This document shows positions 11,701-18,959 of a stretch of DNA of 64,000 bases, piece after piece. The position numbers and the translations under genes were made by a program. The stretch's first letter is position 1, and every line of letters starts with the position of its first letter. The stretch lies in assembly GCA_040900375.1 (NCBI GenBank), contig JBBDZC010000018.1:567-64566 (forward strand), written 5' to 3'. The stretch comes from Candidatus Anderseniibacteriota bacterium. Its GTDB lineage: Bacteria > Patescibacteriota > Andersenbacteria > UBA10190. Under the pieces are notes generated by a model that did not search any database, had not been told where the DNA came from, and saw only the letters and a program-made list of their open reading frames with translations.

Positions 11701-12100
11701 TGCTCTCGCTGATCACCATCGGGTCACTATCGCTAATCTTTTGCCTCGTACCACCTACTACTTTGAAGTTACTAATCAAGGCAGTAGAAACTATGTCTTC
11801 GACGCCTACTATACCTTAACCACACCCGCGCAGGATGAGCCAAGTCCACCGACGCCGCTGGCACCACAAGACGCCGTCGTTACTGCCAGCGAGCCGGTAT
11901 CGGTCTATGGTGAACCTGTGCCGACAGCCACCATAATTACAACACTATCTCCCGGCACTCGCCTGCGCGCACTCAATGAGCAGTTGGGGTGGATCTCGGT
12001 ACTATTGCCCAGTGGCCAAGAAGGCTGGCTGCAAGCGGATTATATTCAGTTGCAACTTCATGAGGGGGTGTCGGCTCAGTCTAACCACGATACTCTGTAG
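2702..12100 (+). CDS. Giant (3132 aa) cell-surface repeat protein / putative adhesin
   Basis: Single 9.4 kb ORF. The N-terminus has a hydrophobic signal/anchor (FLVSSLLAFLLSFSPIFPLITWYGIATTLSVIAATL). A Pro/Ser/Thr/Glu-rich linker follows, then MG/Ig-like segments. About 13 NHL-type repeats (YDSTNSRLFVADSGNSRVLVFDVTAITDGENAVNVLGQANFTSSG...) are arranged as two blocks, each preceded by ALGQYD(D/N). At least five ~145-aa Thr/Gly-rich repeats follow (TLTLTDGS.NQTTIPATGSIAAQG.ITQASTFDGGTGRLEITG...TFTGNATT.AGNLP..EIDKSGGTLTLTGTIRT). Two FN3-like segments (ISGTAITWTWTDNATDETGFKLL...; VRVTKLTPTSATLEWDTNH...YYFEVTN) and a C-terminal SH3b-like motif (TLSPGTRLRALNEQLGWISVLLPSGQEGWLQADYIQL) complete the architecture. 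Confidence 0.85.
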   Translation: MHPVWSYPFRHARLGRFLVSSLLAFLLSFSPIFPLITWYGIATTLSVIAATLAPTPSLLDDARDKPTPPSSLPVSPTPSPTVAEPLTTTVEHILTEVSEAVPAISLGDETNAPVHSQVVLPELRQQAELIHLPVTVVSAAELLVLPEPDVPATADLTFALKVELPRELVRRQGATAGAAPAIEAAAEAVLETPPLEELPTGSVPPSVAEILTPSPSPSPFDDVRGKPSPTPISSFTPLSELDGEANESFPAEPSPAPFDTPPVPSPSPLVRLWQFLTAHTPTVSAALFPPEEAPATAVAVTVTDPLGEPVTIIPVITEEAGQALVRIPQAPTQFRPGKYHLMVSVVEGDHVLQAEQDFTWGVLALNLNQSTYEPGETASIGMAVLDDAGHTLCDADLTLVITAPSGAVTTLSTAEQSITTSPTCVDQSVTDLPDYATSYTPQELGTYALKLTAVTANGTREMQQFFTVESEAPYIVSRQGSMRIFPLAAYTMKVTVTAAQDFRGKLTETVPGSFALSAATLTRSGTTERGNWSLDIHPDETTKRLVWDNVELSAGQSATLSYTYDAPDISPEFYLLGPLEVISSSGTDNDTPVWLEPRAWQIAADIITNGANAIDALGQYDDNLTTPGPIYTKGTGQDAPNRLGLNAPWSDPALDSVNNRLFVPDSSNNRVLVYNLNADDTLIDRIPDNVLGQANFYTNASATTQAGLSFPTGLAYDSTNQRLFVVDSDNSRVLVFDVTAITDGENAVNVLGQANFTSSGPATTQAGLNFPHKAAYDSTNSRLFVADSGNSRVLVFDVTAITNGENAVNILGKTSFTSSLPATTQSGMSDPIGVAYDSTNSRLFVAEEGNHRVTVFDVTAITDGENAVNVLGQANFTSAGSATTQSGMTSPRGVAYDSTNSRLFVPERGNHRVTVFDVTAITDGENAVNVLGQANFTSSSSATTQAGMSSPRGAAYDATNNLLFVTASGNHRITVYDVTAITDGENAVDALGQYDNSLSAPAPIYTKGSAHNAPNRLGMSVTQGGVIFDSTNDRLFVSDSGNDRVLVYNLNANDTLIDRIPDNVLGQANFYTNTGATTQAGLNTPLGLAYDSTNQRLFVTDASNNRVVIYDVTAITDGENAVNVLGQANFTTATAATTQAGMSSPRGVAYDSANQRLFVGDSTNNRVVVFDVTAITDGENAVNVLGQANFTSSGAATTQAGMNNPQGLAYDSTNSRLFVADSSNNRVTTFDVTAITDGENAANVLGQTSFTVSTAATTQAGMSTPSAAAYDSTNSRLFVSATGNDRVTTYNVASITNGESAVNVLGQANFTSSGEATTQAGMADPHGLAYDSTNSRLYVNDTNNDRIIVHDAADPTITWDGGGTDGTCGGGAGDGNKWSCAANWSGDVVPTSAHIATFDGTSTKNATIDANIDVYGIDINTGYTGTITQATGVTVTVGSGGYDQAAGTFTGSNSAIDINGAWALSGGAFTSTSGALSVSDAFTISGGTFTHNSGTVQFDTTAATITPSTASFNNVSFTSAVTKTIAASNTITIVGTLTLTDGSVSQTTIPATGSIAAQGDITQASTFDGGTGRLEITGTATQTFTGNATTTAGNLPDTEIDKSGGTLTLTGTIRTIGQGAGAWTYTTGTLDAGTSTVVMNGAMTITGSHTLNNVSLLTSGTRTIANNNTLTVTGTLTLTDGSINQTTIPATGSIAAQGNITQASTFDGGTGRLEITGSAAQTFTGNATTSAGNLPDLEIDKSAETLTLTGTIRTTGQGADAWTYTTGTLAAGTSTVVMDGAMTITGSHTLNNVSLLTSGTRTVASGTTLTIVGTLTLTDGQINTGTVAAQGNITQGSAFDGGTGRLEITGTATQTFTGNATTTAGSLSRVEINKSGGTLTLAGTIRTSGQGPDAWTYTAGTVAPGTSTVVFDGGTTVTGTQTFNNLVVQGFMTVADGNTLTVTGTLTLTSGTIVQTTIPATGSIAAQGDITQASTFGGGTGRLEITGSANQTFTGSAADSTGLLPNLEIDKSGGTLTFTGTIRTAVDWTYTAGTLDATTNDSTVIFGGASTINITGSHTLDNVTFGDNFQVIVNIADNTTLTIAGTLAHTKAQINQTTVPAAGSLAAQGDVTVGSAAPGGTAALTFSGGNAQTYTDNGGTKTTGTVTVNKTAGSAVTLATAMSYTGTGQDLTITSGTLDLAGFNLTIADVLTVNGGTLTGETGAVDVNGSVVLSSGTLTAPSGAFTVAGDFTHSSGTFTHNSGTLTLDGPDQTLAGATTFHNLTKTVATARTLTFPTGSANKQTIVGTLTLQGASGALLSLRSASTGTQWQFDPQGTRTLSFLDVQDSHNTNSTSIATAGFNITDSGNNTGWSFNPEPPSNFAGTAISGTAITWTWTDNATDETGFKLLDASDTVIATINTANATSYTETGLAAGTDYSRKLIAFNGAGESAATSTVTVTTLTSPPTAPELRSPSNEALLNTNLPTFSWNKSTDNDDGMATYTLTLGSLVLSGIPASGSSASDPGSKTHVATSYTAQYFNENDGNPDNDYIALTLKDSERADIPLTDGEHSWFVTAHDTAGNTTTSASRSFTVDTQAPTIGSISFSPPALLRSGTYRLQSGSLAVTIPLTDTQALQEATVTFAQARTLFGLITSYTTLQSSTYALSGTARTIIFAPREALTAGETYRINITVTDTAGNRRLQDLTLVVLTPEEAAREAVIELDAETTPIDIIIEKLREALPDAPLSLPDLQASALLRRDLQAEHFTAFWQGLLGNRLIAWVLDHLGGFPRALLATIDITQSLWERLLALAIRIAVAAGTMIRDTSLALVHGVVASVDRVALETTTAQRIVRLQTARGLAQLGALLAQLTPTLGEPLQQVGESLALSPDIGMEYREERLTTQAQVSRINTQLQAVGSFFRAGWETGRETRVRTGLKNRQELTQGTERLLGPVGRLTKTLALKTRATYELWLDTTPTHISNVRVTKLTPTSATLEWDTNHLVRSTKVNYGTTTNYNQEVIIDALADHHRVTIANLLPRTTYYFEVTNQGSRNYVFDAYYTLTTPAQDEPSPPTPLAPQDAVVTASEPVSVYGEPVPTATIITTLSPGTRLRALNEQLGWISVLLPSGQEGWLQADYIQLQLHEGVSAQSNHDTL
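4520..6770 (+). repeat. Intragenic tandem repeats (~180 nt, ~13 copies) encoding NHL/beta-propeller blades inside the giant gene
   Basis: DNA blocks such as gatgtgacggcgattaccgacggcgagaatgcggtgaatgtattgggccaagcgaatttt recur at about 4911, 5271, 5451, 6041, 6221, 6401 and elsewhere with few mismatches. The protein repeat is YDSTN.RLFV.D..N.RV.VFDVTAITDGENAVNVLGQANFTS...ATTQAGM. A higher-order duplication is marked by ALGQYD(D/N) at about 4550 and 5670. Confidence 0.8.
7250..8860 (+). repeat. Intragenic ~435-450 nt tandem repeats (4-5 copies) encoding Thr/Gly-rich beta-solenoid-like units
   Basis: Near-identical DNA segments: 7345-7432 versus 8574-8661 (~88 nt, 1 mismatch) and 7401-7480 versus 8215-8295 (~80 nt, 1 mismatch). 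More diverged copies lie near 7789 and 8100. Confidence 0.8.
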
Positions 12101-12157
12101 CCCTAGTAAACGATTATTAGTTACCTGTTGTGGTGAAGATAGGTATACTGGAAAGCT

Positions 12158-15100
12158 ATGGGCGATTTTACCCACCTCCATGTTCATTCTCACTATTCCC
12201 TACTCGATGGTTTAGGTAAGATTCGGCCCATGCTGGAACGGGCCAAGGAACTCGGCATGGATTCTATGGCCTTGACTGATCATGGCGCGATGTACGGCGT
12301 GATTGAGTTTATGCAAACAGCCAAAGAACTTGGCATTAAGCCAATCATCGGTGTGGAAACCTACCTGGCGCCGAAGGGACATACGAAAAAGCGCGGCAAA
12401 ATAGATAGCAACCCGCGGCACCTGACGCTCTTGGCACAGAATCTCCAGGGTTATAAAAACATGATCAAGCTGGTGACGACTGCCCACCTACATGGCTACT
12501 ACTATCGGCCGCGGATTGATTATGATTTACTCGAGCAACATAGCGAGGGCTTACTAGTGCTCTCGGGATGCTTGAATGGTGACATTGCTCATGCTATTGC
12601 AGAAAAGCGCGACGATGACGCGCGGCAGCTTATTGCCTGGCATATTAATATTTTTGGCAAAGAGCGTTTTTACCTGGAAGTGCAGGACCACCCCAGCCTC
12701 AAGGAACAGCAGATACTCAATGAAGCGTTGATCAACTACAGCCGCGAGTATGATCTACACTTAGTGGCGACGGCTGATTCGCACTACATTCATGCGGATG
12801 ACGCGGAAGCCCAGGATGTTTTAATCTGTGTGCAGACAGGTAAACAAGTTCAGGACAAAGACCGGCTCTGTATGCTGGGAGAAGACTTCTCCTTAAAATC
12901 ACCGGCAGACTTAAAAGAAGCATGGAAAGAATACCCGGATGCGATTGAGAGCACACAGCGAATTGCCGAGTTATGCCAGGTTGATCTCGAATTTGGGGTT
13001 AATCATTTACCCCACTACCCTGTTCCGGCGGGCCAAACACCTGATGATGTGCTCAAGACTCTTTGCGTACAGGGCCTCGCCACGCGTTACCACAAGGAGC
13101 CGCCGGCGGGCGCTCCGGCCAGGCTTGACTATGAATTAGAAGTGATTAAGAAGACAGGCTTTGCTTCTTACTTTTTAATCGTGGCTGACTTTGTTAATGA
13201 GGCCAAGCGCCGCGGCATTCTTGTCGGACCCGGACGAGGGAGTGCGGCTGGCAGTATTGTCTCGTATCTCACTAATATTACGAACATTGATCCGCTGCAC
13301 TACAATTTACTCTTTGAGCGATTCTTAAACCCCGAGCGGGTCTCCATGCCAGATATTGACCTCGATTTTGCCGATGACCGCCGCGATGAAGTGATTGCCT
13401 ATGTCCGGGAAAAATATGGCCAGGAACATGTCGCCCAAATTATTACCTTCGGGACCATGGCCGCGCGCGCGGCCGTGCGTGATGCGGGACGGGCTTTGGG
13501 TTTTCCCTACTCGTTTTGTGATCGCATCGCTAAAGCCATCCCGCTCATGACAAACTTTGCCGAGGCCTTAGAGGAATCAAGTGAGTTGCGCGAGATTTAT
13601 AATGGAGATCCGCAAGCCAAGAAGCTTATTGATACTGCCCGTAAGCTTGAGGGAGTATGCCGCCACGCTTCGACCCACGCGGCAGGTGTGGTCATTACCC
13701 AAGAACCACTCACGGATCACGTGCCGCTGCAACTAGCGAGCACGAGCAGTGGTACGCAAGATACTGTGACGCAATACGCGATGGGTGCAGTGGAAGCTCT
13801 GGGACTGCTTAAGATGGACTTCCTGGGTCTTAAGAATTTGACCATCATTCAAAATACACTTAGCCGCATCCGGACTCGTTTCAATACCGAGGTGGATATT
13901 GATCATCTACCGCTCGCTGATCAAAAAACCTACCAGTTACTCCAAGAAGGCAAATCCACGGGTGTTTTTCAGCTTGAGTCTTCGGGGATGAAGCGCTATC
14001 TCAAAGAACTCAAACCGACGGAATTTGAAGATATTATTTCCATGGTGGCGCTCTATCGGCCGGGACCCATGGATTCTATTCCTGATTTTATTGCGGCCAA
14101 ACATGGTCAGAAGAAAATTACCTACCTCCATCCCCTGTTAGAGCCCATTTTAGAAAAAACCTATGGGGTGATCGTGACGCAAGATCAGGTGCTGCAAATC
14201 GCGCGAGAGTTGGCGGGCTTTACCTACGCGGAAGCCGATATTCTCCGCAAAGCTGTGGGCAAGAAGATTAAGATCTTACTTGATGAGCAACGAGAAAAGT
14301 TTATCAAGGGCGCTATCACTGCCAAAAAAATTGATAAAAAAACTGCCAGGCAAGTATGGGACTTTATTGAGCCTTTTGCGCGATATGGCTTTAATCGAGC
14401 TCATGCCGCCTGCTACGCCATGATCGCCTTTCAAACAGCATATTTAAAAGCTCACTACCCGGCAGAATTTATGGCGGCTCTCTTAACCAGCGATGAGGGT
14501 AACATTGACCGCGCCGCGATTGAAGTGGCGGAAGCAATTAGCATGGGACTAAAAATACTGCCGCCCGATATTAATGAGAGCGGTCAGAATTTCACGGTCG
14601 TGCAAACTGCGGAAGGCGCTGAGGCGATTCGTTTTGGGTTGGGCGCCATTAAAAATGTTGGTCACAACATTGTCTCGGCGCTTATCGCGGAGCGTGATAA
14701 GGCTGGTGAATTCAAAGACCTGGCCGATGTTTTTAGTCGGATTGACTCTAAAGATTTTAATAAGAAGTCCGTCGAAAGTTTAGCCCAAGCCGGGGCGTTT
14801 GACTGTGTGGCAGAGCGTAACGAAGTCTTGCACAACATGGAAAAATTACTCTTGTTCAACCGCACGCTCCACAGTAAAAAAGATTTGGGGCAAAAAGGCC
14901 TCTTTGCAGGAGCACTGGCCAATGCCGCGCCGCCTCGCTTACAACTCGATTCCTTCTCCCCCGCTACGCAAGCAGAGCGACTGCAATGGGAAAAAGAGTT
15001 GCTGGGCATGTATGTGTCAGCGCATCCGTTAAGCGAATTCCATAATCAGCTGCAAAAGATTACTGTTCCCTTAAGTGATTTGACCGATTACCATGCCCAG

Positions 15101-15649
15101 CAAGCGGTGCGCGTGGCCGGAGTGATTACCCGAATCAATAAAATTATCACCAAAAGCCAAAAGCCAATGTTGTTTGTCACTCTCGAGGATATGACAAGCA
15201 AAGCAGAGGTGCTCGTATTTCCTAAGCTGCTCGCACAAACATCTAACTTTTGGACGGATGGCGGGGTCATTATTTGTGAAGGAAAGATGAGCGATAAAGA
15301 AGGCGAGGTTAAAATCCTGGCTGATAAAGTCTGGGGGCTTACGCCCGATGTGATTGCCACGTTTACTAAGGCACCCATCCCACAAGAATCCCAGCGCTCG
15401 TTGGCTTCACTCACGGCCGCCCGGACAATCTTAATCCAACTCCCGCCGCAGACGACAAGTGAGCTGCTGCACCAATTGCGAGAACTCCTCGCTCAATATC
15501 ACCATGCAGATGGAGTGCCCGTAGAGCTCCTTATCCCCCGCCAAGCCAGTGTAGTCCGAGTGCAAACATCATTTCGTCTCCAGCGAGATGAAGCTGTCAC
15601 AAATCTAATCAAAGGCCTCATGGGCAGCCGCGCCGTTCGCTATCAGTGA
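12158..15649 (+). CDS. dnaE: DNA polymerase III alpha subunit
   Basis: 1163 aa. N-terminal PHP-domain signature MGDFTHLHVHSHYSLLDGLGKI...ALTDHGAMYGVIEF. Polymerase core motifs (GPGRGSAAGS, PDIDLDF) and a C-terminal OB fold. Confidence 0.95.
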   Translation: MGDFTHLHVHSHYSLLDGLGKIRPMLERAKELGMDSMALTDHGAMYGVIEFMQTAKELGIKPIIGVETYLAPKGHTKKRGKIDSNPRHLTLLAQNLQGYKNMIKLVTTAHLHGYYYRPRIDYDLLEQHSEGLLVLSGCLNGDIAHAIAEKRDDDARQLIAWHINIFGKERFYLEVQDHPSLKEQQILNEALINYSREYDLHLVATADSHYIHADDAEAQDVLICVQTGKQVQDKDRLCMLGEDFSLKSPADLKEAWKEYPDAIESTQRIAELCQVDLEFGVNHLPHYPVPAGQTPDDVLKTLCVQGLATRYHKEPPAGAPARLDYELEVIKKTGFASYFLIVADFVNEAKRRGILVGPGRGSAAGSIVSYLTNITNIDPLHYNLLFERFLNPERVSMPDIDLDFADDRRDEVIAYVREKYGQEHVAQIITFGTMAARAAVRDAGRALGFPYSFCDRIAKAIPLMTNFAEALEESSELREIYNGDPQAKKLIDTARKLEGVCRHASTHAAGVVITQEPLTDHVPLQLASTSSGTQDTVTQYAMGAVEALGLLKMDFLGLKNLTIIQNTLSRIRTRFNTEVDIDHLPLADQKTYQLLQEGKSTGVFQLESSGMKRYLKELKPTEFEDIISMVALYRPGPMDSIPDFIAAKHGQKKITYLHPLLEPILEKTYGVIVTQDQVLQIARELAGFTYAEADILRKAVGKKIKILLDEQREKFIKGAITAKKIDKKTARQVWDFIEPFARYGFNRAHAACYAMIAFQTAYLKAHYPAEFMAALLTSDEGNIDRAAIEVAEAISMGLKILPPDINESGQNFTVVQTAEGAEAIRFGLGAIKNVGHNIVSALIAERDKAGEFKDLADVFSRIDSKDFNKKSVESLAQAGAFDCVAERNEVLHNMEKLLLFNRTLHSKKDLGQKGLFAGALANAAPPRLQLDSFSPATQAERLQWEKELLGMYVSAHPLSEFHNQLQKITVPLSDLTDYHAQQAVRVAGVITRINKIITKSQKPMLFVTLEDMTSKAEVLVFPKLLAQTSNFWTDGGVIICEGKMSDKEGEVKILADKVWGLTPDVIATFTKAPIPQESQRSLASLTAARTILIQLPPQTTSELLHQLRELLAQYHHADGVPVELLIPRQASVVRVQTSFRLQRDEAVTNLIKGLMGSRAVRYQ

Positions 15650-15682
15650 GGCAAGTTGGTCCGCTCAACGCGTCACCCGCTG

Positions 15683-16822
15683 TTAATTTATACTCCCGAC
15701 TACAATTTCTGTGGCCTCGGGACGAGCGGGAACACTCTTCACCCAAAAAGGTGAGAATTGCACTTCCACTGACTCAACGCTCGGAAACTGTTGAAAATAC
15801 TCTTGCACCTCGGCGGCACTCCGACCGGCAAGGTTATCAGCGGAAAATAATGCTGGCCCCGCCTTACTGGCAAAGACGCCCGTTAGTGTTCCTTTAACAC
15901 GCGCTTCTCCCCGGGTAAAATCACTGCGCGTAATACTGACAGTAAATGATTCGGGTTTATACGACATAAATTCTTCATCGGGTTTTGGGGCCGAGCGCAG
16001 GGCGAGAAGAGTTAAACTCAACAGGTCGTTGTCATCAGGAAAAAAGCCGCGGGCTTTGATTTTTTTCTGCACAGTAAATTCAGTTGTTTTACTGCCGGCG
16101 GCGGCGGAAACACTCTCCTCCACTGTGGTCATAGTGACTAAATCTGGTCGGGTAAGCGCCCCCCCGGCCGCCGCCGTGAGTTCGCCCTCAATCCGCCCAC
16201 GCGCTTGTTTATCAACTTCTTCTTTGGCTCTGCTTATTTCTTCTTCGGTGAGCGGTGTCTCACCACTGACCCCACCACTGAAAGTAGTAGAGCTCTCGGC
16301 ATAGACGACCTTTTGCGCACTAGCGGGTAGCTTATCAATGATAAAGGTGCCGGGTGTGACGTTGCCGGGCAGTCCTTTTTCTTTCGCGGTCACGGCAACT
16401 GATACTTCCCCCAAGGGCGGAACAACCACAGCAGCATCAGTGAGAAAAAAGATGCCGGTGCCTTCGTGGCGTAAATGGGACTTTGGCAGCAGCCGCTGTT
16501 CTTCTGCCTGCTTATTAATTATTTTCACTGTGCCCCGCGCTAAGTCTTCAAATGTCTTTTGGCCCTCGCGCTTAAAAGTCTTAGTTTCCGTGACTTCCTT
16601 CTCCAGTAATTTGGCCGGCAAGATATAGCGGACAAAATCAGGTTCGTGACTAGTTTGCGACAAGGTAATTTCTTGCGTTACTTCCCGTTCATAGGTAGCG
16701 GGACGAACAATGATTGTTGCTTGCGGTAGGCGGGTATACGCCATACTAGCAAAAATCAGGCCAAGCAAAATTCCCGCGCTGGCGACTAGCGCCCGGCGAG
16801 GTATAGCAACGTGTGCAGGCAT
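15683..16822 (-). CDS. Hypothetical N-terminally membrane-anchored protein
   Basis: 379-aa ORF with an N-terminal transmembrane segment (ALVASAGILLGLIFASMAY) and no recognisable motif. Its ATG (16822-16820) lies inside the first terminal inverted repeat of the MITE-like element. Confidence 0.55.
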   Translation of the reverse strand: MPAHVAIPRRALVASAGILLGLIFASMAYTRLPQATIIVRPATYEREVTQEITLSQTSHEPDFVRYILPAKLLEKEVTETKTFKREGQKTFEDLARGTVKIINKQAEEQRLLPKSHLRHEGTGIFFLTDAAVVVPPLGEVSVAVTAKEKGLPGNVTPGTFIIDKLPASAQKVVYAESSTTFSGGVSGETPLTEEEISRAKEEVDKQARGRIEGELTAAAGGALTRPDLVTMTTVEESVSAAAGSKTTEFTVQKKIKARGFFPDDNDLLSLTLLALRSAPKPDEEFMSYKPESFTVSITRSDFTRGEARVKGTLTGVFASKAGPALFSADNLAGRSAAEVQEYFQQFPSVESVEVQFSPFWVKSVPARPEATEIVVGSIN

Positions 16823-17103
16823 ACCCCGTAGAGCTACCTCGATGCGTCCCGTTTGGACGGCATGGCAGCAAGTGAGAGTGGTGGCTGACGAGTAAGGCTG
16901 TTGGTTATTGTATCCATGGGTTTACACTACGAGCGCGTGATCGAGGTGATTCTACGGGGCATACCCCGTAGAGCTACCTCGATGCGTCCCGCTTAGACGG
17001 GACGGCAGCAAGGAAAAGCTGTGGTTTACCCATACGGCTGGTGGGAAGGTAGACATGGACTTTTTAGGACGAATGGGTGATCGAGGTGATTCTACGGGGC
17101 ATA
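16818..17103. repeat. Two tandem copies (~140 bp period) of a MITE-like element bounded by ~27 bp terminal inverted repeats
   Basis: Motif A, ggcataccccgtagagctacctcgatgcgtcccg, occurs at 16818-16851 and 16958-16991. Motif B, gtgatcgaggtgattctacggggcata, occurs at 16937-16963 and 17077-17103. B is an imperfect reverse complement of A (core ccccgtaga...acctcgat). The B1/A2 junction forms a 9-bp perfect palindrome tctacgggg-cata-ccccgtaga. The interiors of the two units diverge after about 55 nt. Confidence 0.55.
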
Positions 17104-17204
17104 AATACACTATTTGAGTATTCAGTTACCATACCAATCTACCCAAGATAAGACAAGGAGCCCCCACAGCGTGACTAGCTTGCCTGTGTTACCATACAGG
17201 GGTT

Positions 17205-18953
17205 ATGCGAAAAAAAATCTCGCCCGATCTTGATCTTGCAACCATGCGCCATACGGCCGCCCACGTCTTGGCCGCCGCTTCTACTAAGTTGCGTCCAGAA
17301 ACAAAGCTAGGGGTTGGACCAGCGATTGATGACGGTTTTTATCATGATCTTGAAGTTAATCCTAACTACACCGAGGAAGATTTAGCTGTATTGCAGGCGA
17401 AAATGGAAGAAATTAAAGAGATGGACTTGCCAATTACCCAGCGCGAGGTAAGCCGCGCCGAGGCTCGTGAGCTGTTTGCGCACGATCCTTATAAACTAGA
17501 GCTAATTGAGGAAGTGGCAGGTGAGACAGTCGGTGTATCGGATATGGGAGAAGGCTTCTTCATCACGCTCTGCAAGGGTGGCCATGTATCTTCAACCGGT
17601 CAGATTGGGGCTTTTAAGCTCACGCGTCTGGCCGGAGTTTATTGGAAGGGAGATACTACCCGGCCACAGCTGCAACGGATTTATGGCCTGGCCTTCCCGA
17701 CACCGGCCGAGCTGGAAGCGCATCTGACCTTGCTGGCAGAGGCGAAAAAACGTGACCACCGCAAACTAGGCCGAGAGTTGGATCTCTTTACCTTCTCCCC
17801 GCTTGTCGGACCGGGGCTGCCGCTCTTTACACCTCGCGGCACCATTATCCGCCGCGAACTGGAGACCTTTCTGCAGTCGCTGCAGGAACCGCACGGCTAT
17901 CAACGAGTTATTATTCCCCATATTACTAAAGCAGATCTGTATAAAACCTCGGGGCACTGGGAAAAATTCCAAGCCGATCTTTTTCACGTGCAGGGCCAGA
18001 GTGAAGAGTCGCTGGTGCTTAAGCCAATGAATTGCCCCCACCATACCCAGATTTATGCGGCGCGGCCGCGCAGCTACCGCGATCTGCCGCTCCGTTTGTC
18101 AGAAGTTACCACGGTGTATCGTGATGAGCAGGCGGGCGAGCTGCAAGGCCTAACCCGCGTGCGATCCATCACCCAAGATGATGCTCATGTGTTTTGTCGC
18201 AGCGATCAAATTGCGGCGGAGGCGGTTATTATCATGCAAATTGTAGAAGAGTTTTATGCCGTGTTTGATTTCACGCTGCGCGTTCGTCTCTCGTTGCGCG
18301 ACCCCGCTAAACCTGATAAGTACTTGGGTTCAGAGGCTACCTGGCAACAGGCAGAAGCAAGCTTACGCACCCTACTCGAAGAGAAAAAGGTAGAATTTGT
18401 GGAGCAAAAGGGCGAGGCGGCTTTTTATGGGCCGAAGATTGATTTTATTGCTCGTGATTCCCTTGGCCGAGACTGGCAACTAGCCACGATCCAGCTTGAC
18501 TTTAATATGCCGGTGCGTTTTGCCCTCACCTACACTGACACTACTGGCCAGGAACAGACGCCAGTGATGATTCACCGAGCAATCTTAGGTTCATTTGAAC
18601 GCTTCATGGCAATTCTACTGGAACACTACGCTGGTACCCTCCCCCTCTGGTTGGCACCAACCCAGGTGGCACTTTTACCCATCGCCGACGCCCAGCACGA
18701 ATATGCCCGCCAAGTCGCTCAAGAACTGGCAGGCAGTGGCTTACGAGTCGAAACCGATGAACGGGCGATCAGTTTGGCCAAGAAAATTCGGGAAGCGCAA
18801 CAAAAAAAGGTACCCGTGATGCTCATTATGGGTAAAAAAGAATTAGCTGATACGACTATCGCGGTGCGTTTACTAAACCAGGGTGATCAAGGCCAAGCCT
18901 CCTTGCCCGAGCTGATACACGAACTTACCCAAAAAATTCGTGAGCGGAAGTGA
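17205..18953 (+). CDS. thrS: Threonyl-tRNA synthetase (lacks the N-terminal TGS domain; editing N2 domain retained)
   Basis: 582 aa. Motifs MRHTAAHVLAAA (editing-domain His pair), DHRKLGRELDLF, class II catalytic motifs, and a C-terminal anticodon-binding domain. Confidence 0.93.
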   Translation: MRKKISPDLDLATMRHTAAHVLAAASTKLRPETKLGVGPAIDDGFYHDLEVNPNYTEEDLAVLQAKMEEIKEMDLPITQREVSRAEARELFAHDPYKLELIEEVAGETVGVSDMGEGFFITLCKGGHVSSTGQIGAFKLTRLAGVYWKGDTTRPQLQRIYGLAFPTPAELEAHLTLLAEAKKRDHRKLGRELDLFTFSPLVGPGLPLFTPRGTIIRRELETFLQSLQEPHGYQRVIIPHITKADLYKTSGHWEKFQADLFHVQGQSEESLVLKPMNCPHHTQIYAARPRSYRDLPLRLSEVTTVYRDEQAGELQGLTRVRSITQDDAHVFCRSDQIAAEAVIIMQIVEEFYAVFDFTLRVRLSLRDPAKPDKYLGSEATWQQAEASLRTLLEEKKVEFVEQKGEAAFYGPKIDFIARDSLGRDWQLATIQLDFNMPVRFALTYTDTTGQEQTPVMIHRAILGSFERFMAILLEHYAGTLPLWLAPTQVALLPIADAQHEYARQVAQELAGSGLRVETDERAISLAKKIREAQQKKVPVMLIMGKKELADTTIAVRLLNQGDQGQASLPELIHELTQKIRERK

Positions 18954-18959
18954 CGGCGG

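Noticed and set aside
12100-12157. Promoter call upstream of dnaE (TATACT at 12134-12139)
   Set aside because: The -10 hexamer is plausible but no convincing -35 at 17+/-1 spacing was found. Too weak to list as a feature.
12212-15414. Antisense ORFs within dnaE (12212..12487, 14662..15009, 15071..15385, 15088..15414)
   Set aside because: They are embedded in a highly conserved polymerase frame. They are short and lack RBS or motifs.
16818-17103. Possible CRISPR array from the repeated 27-34 bp motifs
   Set aside because: Only two copies are present. The repeats are in inverted as well as direct orientation, like terminal inverted repeats. The spacers are partly homologous to each other. No cas genes lie nearby.
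17100-17204. T-box or operator leader upstream of thrS
   Set aside because: No T-box consensus (AATTAGGGTGGNACCGCG-like) and no tRNA-Thr anticodon-arm mimic was recognisable by eye. Left unassigned rather than called.
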